A stretch of 32,000 bases of DNA from an uncultured Opitutales bacterium (GTDB lineage: Bacteria; Verrucomicrobiota; Verrucomicrobiia; Opitutales; Intestinicryptomonadaceae). Positions within the stretch are counted from its first letter, which is position 1; each line of letters begins with the position of its first letter. Positions 26,104-32,000 of the stretch are shown here, piece by piece. The notes under the pieces are model-generated. The model saw nothing but the letters and a program-made list of their open reading frames with translations. It had not been told where the DNA came from and did no database searches. Location of the stretch: contig CAKUIA010000002.1 in assembly GCA_934660865.1 (NCBI GenBank), positions 157,893-189,892 of the forward strand, read 5' to 3'. The position numbers were made by a program, and so were the translations under genes.

Positions 26104-28221
26104 ATGCACACCCCCGTAAATCTTTGTTTTGCCTGCAATGACAAATATGCGCCACATATGGCTGCCGCAATAATTTCTGTACTAGAACACTTTCCACAAA
26201 AAAGAAAGCTTTCAATATATGTTTTGGCAAGCAACATTTCAGAGAAAAGTAAATCTAAGATCAACGAGATAAAAAAACTTCACGACTTTTCAATCTCGTT
26301 TATAGATGTAAACAAGAATGAATTTTCGCAATGCCCAATAACAGGGTATGTTAAATATATAACCAAAGAGACATATTATAGGTTTAAAATTCCCGCTCTA
26401 TTGAAAGATGTAGATAAGGTTTTATATTTGGATTGCGACCTTATTGCATTGGCTGATGTATCGCCGCTATTCGACTACGAATTACCCGAAAACAAATACA
26501 TAGGAATGGTACCCGACACAAGCATTTGGTGGCACCAAGATCGGTTAAAATTACCCAAAACGCAACTGTACTGCAACGCAGGAGTAATGTTGATAAACAA
26601 TAAAAAATTACGTGAAATAGGAGCAGAAAAACTGCTTTTCGGCTACACAAAATCGCCCGATAGAGAAATTCAGTTTCAAGATCAAGACGTTCTTAATATA
26701 GTATTCAGTAAAAACATAGAATATTTGCCCGTCTGTTGGAACCTTATGCATAACGCATTGCTTCAAAACGGTAGCTACAGAAACGAACAAGAAATTCAAT
26801 TACACGAGGCTATTAAAAATCCAAAAATTGTTCATTTTACAAACCCCAAGAAACCTTGGAATTTTCGATGCAACAATCCATACAAGAAAAAGTATTTGCA
26901 AGCGTTAAAGAAGACTTCTTTTACTGGAGTTTTTTTCAGATCCAAAATTTCACAAATGGCGACTTCTTTGCTTGGTGAAATATATTCTTCTAGAAAAGAT
27001 TGCTATAGAAAGACAATTAAATTATTTGGCATAACAATTAGGCGCACAAATAGGCAGATACAAATGTCGGACAAATTAACCGAAATGTCGGACAAATTAA
27101 CCGAAATGTCGGACAAATTAACCGAAATGTCGGACAAATTAACCGAAATGCCGGACAAAAATAAAGCCTTAAATGAGATACAACAAATAAATCGCCACGT
27201 CGACAATATCGTAAATTCGTATAAACATTCAAATTCAACGAAGTTTCACAACAATGAACTTCCTTATGCAATATTTGATTATGATTTTAGCGATTCTATA
27301 ACTCTATACAACGCAGGAGATTTTATTCAATCTATAGCCGTAAAAAATTTGCTACAAAAAATCAAGCCAACTTCGGATTGTGTATATATTGACAGGGAGA
27401 AACTATCGTTTGCACAAACAAAAAATCTTCTTGTTGTTATGCAGGGCTATTTTGCCCATGAACTAAATTTCTTCCCGCTTCCAAATCATCTTTCTATATA
27501 CATTGGCATTCATTTAAACAACCGCGCCAAAGCATATGTAAACGAGCTAATAAAAACGGATGCGAAAGTTTTTGAAAATAAAACGATAGGCTGTCGAGAT
27601 TTAGCAACAAAAAACTTTTTCAAAGAATGCGGAGTTGATGCATATTTGTCTAGGTGTTTAACACTCACTTTACCCAAGCGCAAAAAACTAGATACGCAAA
27701 ATAAAATATATATTGTAGACCTACCCGAAGATATAATTGAATCTATCCCTAAAGAACTAACGGAAAATGCGATAATTTACCACCAACGCGAATTGCCGCA
27801 CATAGCCTCGCGCGAGGGTCGCTTTAACAAAGCCGAAGAAATTTTAGACAATTATAGCGCAAATGCAAAATTAGTTATAACCTCCGCTTTGCATTGCGCT
27901 TCGCCATGTGTTGCAATGGGAATTCCCGTGATATTGATAAATTTGGGAAACGAAGGGGAACGCTTTACATCGTTAAAAAACATAATCCCGATTTACACAA
28001 AGCAGGACATCATTAACGGGAAAATAGATTTTTACAATGTTTCGGCGCCAGACATAGAAGACTTAAAGTCTCTTATGTATAAAAATTTGTCTTTAACAAT
28101 AAAAGACGCCATATCTGACGCAAAACAAGATTCGGACGAACTACAAGAAATCCGACAGGAAATTGAAAACTTTAAACCAAATACTTGGACAAAAAATTTG
28201 CAGCACACAAATTTTATATAA
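26104..28221 (+). CDS. Fusion protein: N-terminal GT8 glycosyltransferase, heptad-repeat linker, and C-terminal polysaccharide pyruvyl-transferase-like domain
   Basis: The ORF track starts at 25933 inside the previous gene. The ATG at 26104 (MHTPVNLCFACNDKYAPHMAAAIISVL) is the typical GT8 start. The GT8 blocks are LDCDLIALADV, CNAGVMLINN, FQDQDVLNIVF and IVHFTNPKKPW. The C-terminal roughly 330 aa (..GCRDLATKNFFKECGVDAYLSRCLTLTL.., ..AKLVITSALHCASPCVAMGIPVILI) resemble the PS_pyruv_trans family by eye. Confidence 0.7.
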   Translation: MHTPVNLCFACNDKYAPHMAAAIISVLEHFPQKRKLSIYVLASNISEKSKSKINEIKKLHDFSISFIDVNKNEFSQCPITGYVKYITKETYYRFKIPALLKDVDKVLYLDCDLIALADVSPLFDYELPENKYIGMVPDTSIWWHQDRLKLPKTQLYCNAGVMLINNKKLREIGAEKLLFGYTKSPDREIQFQDQDVLNIVFSKNIEYLPVCWNLMHNALLQNGSYRNEQEIQLHEAIKNPKIVHFTNPKKPWNFRCNNPYKKKYLQALKKTSFTGVFFRSKISQMATSLLGEIYSSRKDCYRKTIKLFGITIRRTNRQIQMSDKLTEMSDKLTEMSDKLTEMSDKLTEMPDKNKALNEIQQINRHVDNIVNSYKHSNSTKFHNNELPYAIFDYDFSDSITLYNAGDFIQSIAVKNLLQKIKPTSDCVYIDREKLSFAQTKNLLVVMQGYFAHELNFFPLPNHLSIYIGIHLNNRAKAYVNELIKTDAKVFENKTIGCRDLATKNFFKECGVDAYLSRCLTLTLPKRKKLDTQNKIYIVDLPEDIIESIPKELTENAIIYHQRELPHIASREGRFNKAEEILDNYSANAKLVITSALHCASPCVAMGIPVILINLGNEGERFTSLKNIIPIYTKQDIINGKIDFYNVSAPDIEDLKSLMYKNLSLTIKDAISDAKQDSDELQEIRQEIENFKPNTWTKNLQHTNFI
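27064..27160 (+). repeat. Perfect 21-bp tandem repeat x4 (ATGTCGGACAAATTAACCGAA, encoding MSDKLTE) plus a degenerate fifth unit
   Basis: Units lie at 27064, 27085, 27106 and 27127 and are identical. The partial unit ATGCCGGACAAAA starts at 27148. The repeat is in frame within the 26104-28221 CDS, between its two domains. Confidence 0.95.
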
Positions 28222-28261
28222 CGTTCATGACGTAATTTGTATTTTTTGAAAGGAACAAATA

Positions 28262-29224
28262 ATGGACACCGATTATCCCCCAAGAAATTTTTTGGACATA
28301 AAGTTAGGATATGCTTGTAATTTTAAATGCGAATACTGCTATCAAGTATCAGATGGAGTTCGTCAAACTGGACTTTTAAAAAAAGAGCACATAAATGCGT
28401 TATTGTCGTATTTGGACAGAACCAAACTACAGTTTTACGTAACATTGGCAGGCGGAGAGCCGTTTATTTATCCATATCTTGATTCTATTGTAGACGGACT
28501 AACTAAAAGGGGACATTCCCTTGCGATAATAACGAATTTTTCTGCAAGTGAAGATGTTTTAAAGAATTTTTTCCTAAAAACAAATGGATTTCTAAAATCT
28601 TTCTCTATATCCATACATCTAAGCCAGTGGAAAAATATTAACGATTTTTTTGATAAATTCGAAAATATAATTGCATTTGTAAAAAAAAACAAAATAGATC
28701 TTAGTATATATCCCACTTGCGTTCTTACAATCGAAAACATTGATAAGGTAAAACAGCTTCATTTAAGAATGAAGGAATATGGGTATCCATTGGAAGTTCA
28801 ACGCGTGTACTACAATGGTAAATACCAGATATATTCATCTGAAATAGAAAATTATTTTAAAGACAAAGACCTAGATGTTTTAAGCGAGAATACTGATAAC
28901 GCCAAGTTTTATGGAAATTTGTGCTATGCGGGCAGTAGGTTTTTATATGTAGAATCCAACGGGAAAATATTTCGTTGTTATACCGATCAGGAAAACGAAA
29001 AACTATACAAATTAGGCACCCTAGACAATCCGGAAAAAATTCCTGTATTAAAAAAAGCGTATCCGTGTTTAGCACACGAAAACTGTGTGTGTTTTAAACA
29101 TTTTCAACGGCAACATTTTATAACCAATAAAAAAGCCTCTTCAACTGAAATGAGTGAAGCGCTGTCATTCAACTTGTGTTTTTGCCAAAGAATTATCAAT
29201 TATTTTAAACATCTACATCAATAA
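28262..29224 (+). CDS. Radical SAM enzyme with a Cys-rich C-terminal (SPASM/twitch-like) region
   Basis: It has the CX3CX2C motif in LGYACNFKCEYCYQ and the GGE motif in LAGGEPF. C-terminal cysteines fall in CYAGSRFLYVESNGKIFRC..PCLAHENCVC. Sampled GC is about 33%. Confidence 0.85.
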   Translation: MDTDYPPRNFLDIKLGYACNFKCEYCYQVSDGVRQTGLLKKEHINALLSYLDRTKLQFYVTLAGGEPFIYPYLDSIVDGLTKRGHSLAIITNFSASEDVLKNFFLKTNGFLKSFSISIHLSQWKNINDFFDKFENIIAFVKKNKIDLSIYPTCVLTIENIDKVKQLHLRMKEYGYPLEVQRVYYNGKYQIYSSEIENYFKDKDLDVLSENTDNAKFYGNLCYAGSRFLYVESNGKIFRCYTDQENEKLYKLGTLDNPEKIPVLKKAYPCLAHENCVCFKHFQRQHFITNKKASSTEMSEALSFNLCFCQRIINYFKHLHQ

Positions 29225-29301
29225 ATAATATCGCATTTATTGCTATTAAAGAAAAATCAAGCCGACAATTATAATAAATTTAAACTTTGTTGTTTTATAA
29301 T

Positions 29302-31038
29302 ATGAAACGCTATTCTCGCTATTTAAACTACATAAAACCCAAGATTTGGCATTTGATTGGGGCGCTGTTATCTGGACTGCTGTTCGGAGCCTCGAGTGGC
29401 TTCGGTATGCCCGTTATTTTCGACAAAGTTTTGAAGCGCATTTTTATGCCCGAGAACGGCGTATCATATAACCTATGGTATGTATTCGGCGTAGCTATGC
29501 TCATTCCGTTCGTCTTTATTGTCCGTGCGATAACGGGCTATTTGAGCGGGTATTTGATGAGCTATGTTTCACTCGACGTGTTGCGCAGAATCAAGCAAGA
29601 CTTGTTTTCGCGCGTGCAAGACTACCCTCTTTCATTCTTCGACAAACACACAACTGGCGACCTCTTTGTGCGCTTGACAACCGACACCCAAGCGGTGCAG
29701 ACAATTCTGCTTTCGTTCGCCTCGGAAATGATTCGCCAGCCGGTGCAAGTAATAGGCGCGCTTTCGTTTTTGGCGTACATGTGCCTTACAAAGGGCGAGA
29801 TTGTATTTCTTTTGGTGTTCATTGCAGCCGTACCGTTTTGCATAATTCCCGTGCAGATGATGCGACGCAACCTCAAGCGCTGCGCGAAAATGTCGGCGGA
29901 GTCGCTGGGAGCGATAGCGCAGTGCTTCAACGAAAATCTCGCCGCGGCACACGAAGTACGAGTATTCAATCTCCAAGAACCACAGAAAAAAAGATTTTGG
30001 GATATGAACGTAAGCTTTCAAAAGTTAGTGCTCAAGATAACACAATACGAGCTTTTACAACAACCGATGATGGAAGTTTTGGCGGCAACAATGGTTTCTA
30101 TTACTTTTGTCTACGCATACAAGGCAAATATTGATTTTTCGACATTCGCGGCAATCGGGCTTGCGCTTTATTTTACAATCGACCCAATTAAACGAATTGT
30201 GAGAATGTGCACAGACTTTATCAAAATTACTCCGTCGTTTGATAGGTTAAATGAAATTCTCGACTATGTTTCCACCGTACCCGAAGCCGAAAACCCCGTG
30301 AAAATCGACACTTTGCGCGGCGAAATCGAATTTAAAAATGTAAACTTCGCCTATTCCGACAAAGCCGTTTTGCACAACGCAAACATAAAAATTCCCGCAG
30401 GCACGAGTTGCGCTTTGGTGGGCGAATCGGGCGCGGGCAAGAGCACGTTTGCAAAGCTTGTCATGCGCTTTTACGACCCGACCGAAGGCTCAATCACGGT
30501 TGACGGAATTAATCTCAAAGATATGTCGCTTTTCGACCTCCACAAGAACCTCGGTTCCGTACCACAGTATCCCGTGCTTTTCAACGACACAATCTACAAT
30601 AATATTTTACTAGCAAGGCCAAATGCAACCGAAGCCGAAGTACATATTGCAGCCCGCGCCGCATTCGCGCACGACTTTATTATGGAGCTGGAAAACGGCT
30701 ACAACACCCGCGTTGGTGAACGTGGCGATAGACTTTCTGGCGGACAAAAACAACGTATTGCAATAGCGCGCGTGTTCTTGAAAAACCCGCCGCTTATCGT
30801 CTTGGACGAAGCCACTTCTGCTCTCGATGTCAACAGCGAAGCCTTTATACAAAAGGCGATAGACAAACTTATGCACGACCGCACAATGTTTATAATCGCC
30901 CATCGCTTCAGCACAATCCGCAACGTGAAGAAAATCATCGTCTTCAAAGAGGGCAACCTTATAGATTTTGGCACACACACCGAACTCTACGCCCGTTGCC
31001 CCTACTATAAAACGCTTTACGACAAACAGGCAAAATAG
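29302..31038 (+). CDS. ABC half-transporter, fused TMD-NBD exporter of the MsbA/PglK type
   Basis: The N-terminal six-TM exporter domain is followed by an NBD with Walker A GESGAGKST, signature LSGGQKQRIAIARV and Walker B LIVLDEATSALD. The ORF track start at 29287 is a TTG, so the ATG at 29302 (MKRYSRYLNYIKPK) is preferred. There is no N-terminal C39 peptidase domain. Confidence 0.9.
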   Translation: MKRYSRYLNYIKPKIWHLIGALLSGLLFGASSGFGMPVIFDKVLKRIFMPENGVSYNLWYVFGVAMLIPFVFIVRAITGYLSGYLMSYVSLDVLRRIKQDLFSRVQDYPLSFFDKHTTGDLFVRLTTDTQAVQTILLSFASEMIRQPVQVIGALSFLAYMCLTKGEIVFLLVFIAAVPFCIIPVQMMRRNLKRCAKMSAESLGAIAQCFNENLAAAHEVRVFNLQEPQKKRFWDMNVSFQKLVLKITQYELLQQPMMEVLAATMVSITFVYAYKANIDFSTFAAIGLALYFTIDPIKRIVRMCTDFIKITPSFDRLNEILDYVSTVPEAENPVKIDTLRGEIEFKNVNFAYSDKAVLHNANIKIPAGTSCALVGESGAGKSTFAKLVMRFYDPTEGSITVDGINLKDMSLFDLHKNLGSVPQYPVLFNDTIYNNILLARPNATEAEVHIAARAAFAHDFIMELENGYNTRVGERGDRLSGGQKQRIAIARVFLKNPPLIVLDEATSALDVNSEAFIQKAIDKLMHDRTMFIIAHRFSTIRNVKKIIVFKEGNLIDFGTHTELYARCPYYKTLYDKQAK

Positions 31039-31181
31039 ACAAGATAACCACCTTGTGTTATGGTGGATTGTTTTTATATGCGAACCATATTACAAGAAGA
31101 ATTATGTTCAAGAGCTAGCATATGAAGAAATAGAGGGCATTGAATAAAGTTTTAGATAAGTATAATTATTGATATGACAAG

Positions 31182-31209
31182 CGCCGCCAAGAATTTGGCG
31201 GTGTTTTTT
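31182..31209 (+). terminator. Rho-independent terminator downstream of the ABC exporter gene
   Basis: A 9-bp stem (with one G:U pair) pairs CGCCGCCAA (31182-31190) with TTGGCGGTG (31195-31203) around a GAAT loop, followed by TTTTTT. Confidence 0.6.
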
Positions 31210-31211
31210 GT

Positions 31212-32000
31212 GTGTGGTTGGGGAAAAATACAAGCACTCTATTGCGAGCAAATTTTTTTGTGAAACAGACTTTAAATGCCGACAAAGAAAGAGACTTTTT
31301 TACGTTGATACAAATGCTGCGCAATTCTAAGTCGCTTTTATCGGTATCAAATTTTGCCGAACGGCTAACGCTTCTTAAAAGTATTGATTTTATTTAAAAG
31401 ATTTGGGGAAAGCTTAAAACCTTTAAATCTCTTTAAAATACATGAGACAAGGGGATTTTTTTGCTACAAACGTGTTTTGAAAAAAGTGCCTGCTTTTATA
31501 ATAGAAAATCGAGAGTTGGACTGAAAAACTAATCCTGCACCACAAACACAATTTTTTAAAATTTTCGGGCGCCGAAGTGGTTTTATAATACAAAAAGAGG
31601 CTTCTGAAAGTATATTGCAAGCGCCTTATTTTATGTTTATAAATGTATTGCAAATTATTTTCGGACGGCAGCATGTTCGCCATCGCCATTAGATTTGAAG
31701 AGATAAGCGAAGCCAAAATAACTTTTGTAGGCTAAATCCACAAAAATCTCGAAAAGAAATGCCAAGCATGCCAACTACAAAAAATCCATTTACAACAAAC
31801 TAGCAACCATAATACGAGCCATTGCAAAGGAGCTTCAAAATATCGCGGGTTCTTTGTCCCTTAGATTGGGTATGTCGGTGGCGCAAGATACGCGCTGATT
31901 CGGGTTTTAGTGGTTGTTGGGAACAAGACGTTTTGCGGCACACCTACGCCAGTTTTTATGCAAAGCGTTTTAAAGATTTGCCGAGGCTGCAGGTAAACAT
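31212..32000 (+). pseudogene. Degraded paralog of the 18475-19476 tyrosine recombinase, on the opposite strand, running off the window
   Basis: Frame 1 of 31861-32000 translates to LDWVCRWRKIRADSGFSGCWEQDVLRHTYASFYAKRFKDLPRLQVN. The intact copy has KNWERRWQNIRQSSGFSRNALPWQADVLRHTFASFFAKRFKDLPRLQLN. In-frame stops at 31801 and 31810 and frame changes upstream interrupt it. Weaker colinear similarity occurs further 5' (GKNTSTLLRANFFVKQTLNADK versus GANVSALDAARFVRNILDAK, starting around 31221). Confidence 0.55.

Noticed and set aside
27064-27160. The 21-bp perfect direct repeats as a possible CRISPR array.
   Set aside because: The units are contiguous with no spacers, lie in frame inside a long CDS and encode a heptad peptide repeat. 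No cas genes are nearby.
28681-28689. Homopolymer tracts as slipped-strand phase-variation sites: A9 in the radical SAM gene at 28681-28689, and A8 tracts at about 20219-20226, about 20644-20651 and about 24984-24991.
   Set aside because: The tracts are short and encode Lys runs in AT-rich, Lys-rich genes. Nothing distinguishes them from composition-driven runs, and no evidence of length heterogeneity is available from a single sequence.
28262-31038. The radical SAM + ABC transporter pair as a RiPP (sactipeptide/ranthipeptide-like) cluster.
   Set aside because: I could find no short precursor ORF in the flanking intergenic DNA. The ABC protein has no C39 peptidase domain. The surrounding genes are all glycosyltransferases, so the idea is kept only as a minor alternative.
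31048-31075. A weak hairpin (CCACC...GGTGG) with a T-run right after the ABC stop, considered as the operon terminator.
   Set aside because: It has only a 5-bp stem and a 9-nt loop. The stronger 9-bp hairpin with T6 at 31182-31209 is the better terminator candidate.
31432-31441. A 10-nt match (TTTAAAATAC) to the core of the left inverted repeat, which could hint at a third recombination site and whole-locus inversion.
   Set aside because: It is too short and AT-rich to distinguish from chance in AT-rich DNA, and the flanking bases do not match the 16-bp repeat.
31423-31716. A 97-aa ORF on the minus strand, and the 61-aa ORF at 31212-31397 (+), as independent genes.
   Set aside because: The region shows colinear but frame-broken similarity to the tyrosine recombinase on the plus strand. 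The minus-strand ORF is most simply antisense noise, and the 61-aa ORF is an N-terminal remnant of the pseudogene.

Overview
This 32-kb window comes from a diderm bacterium, as shown by a Lol-type ABC system, a beta-barrel porin and a PEP-CTERM sorting signal. The phylum cannot be assigned from sequence alone.

Positions 1-18.4 kb look like ordinary core genome, at roughly 50-57% GC in hand-sampled lines. They hold the dnaE 3' end, sppA, a DeoR regulator divergent from a class II aldolase + rhamnulokinase pair, and pfkB-proA. A tightly overlapping lolC/E-like, lolD, ligA, mutL string follows, then lysS and a GH28 + porin pair.

From 18.5 kb the character changes. A tyrosine recombinase gene (18475-19476, minus) directly abuts a 162-bp AT-rich segment bracketed by perfect 16-bp inverted repeats (19475-19490 and 19653-19668). 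An 11.3-kb plus-strand gene string with tiny or overlapping junctions follows:
- an orphan protein
- an 824-aa secreted pentapeptide-repeat protein with a PEP-CTERM anchor and internal 207-267-bp modules, two of them nearly identical
- a GT25
- a GT25-GT8 fusion
- a GT8
- a GT8 fused to a polysaccharide pyruvyl-transferase-like domain through a perfect 4 x 21-bp repeat
- a radical SAM enzyme with a Cys-rich C-terminus
- an MsbA/PglK-like ABC half-transporter

A degraded paralog of the recombinase runs off the right edge on the opposite strand, so the locus is bracketed by inverted recombinase genes.

My leading hypothesis is a recombinase-controlled (phase-variable) surface protein and glycan module. 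This is inference from architecture and is not demonstrated. I recognised no rRNA, tRNA or CRISPR array by eye.
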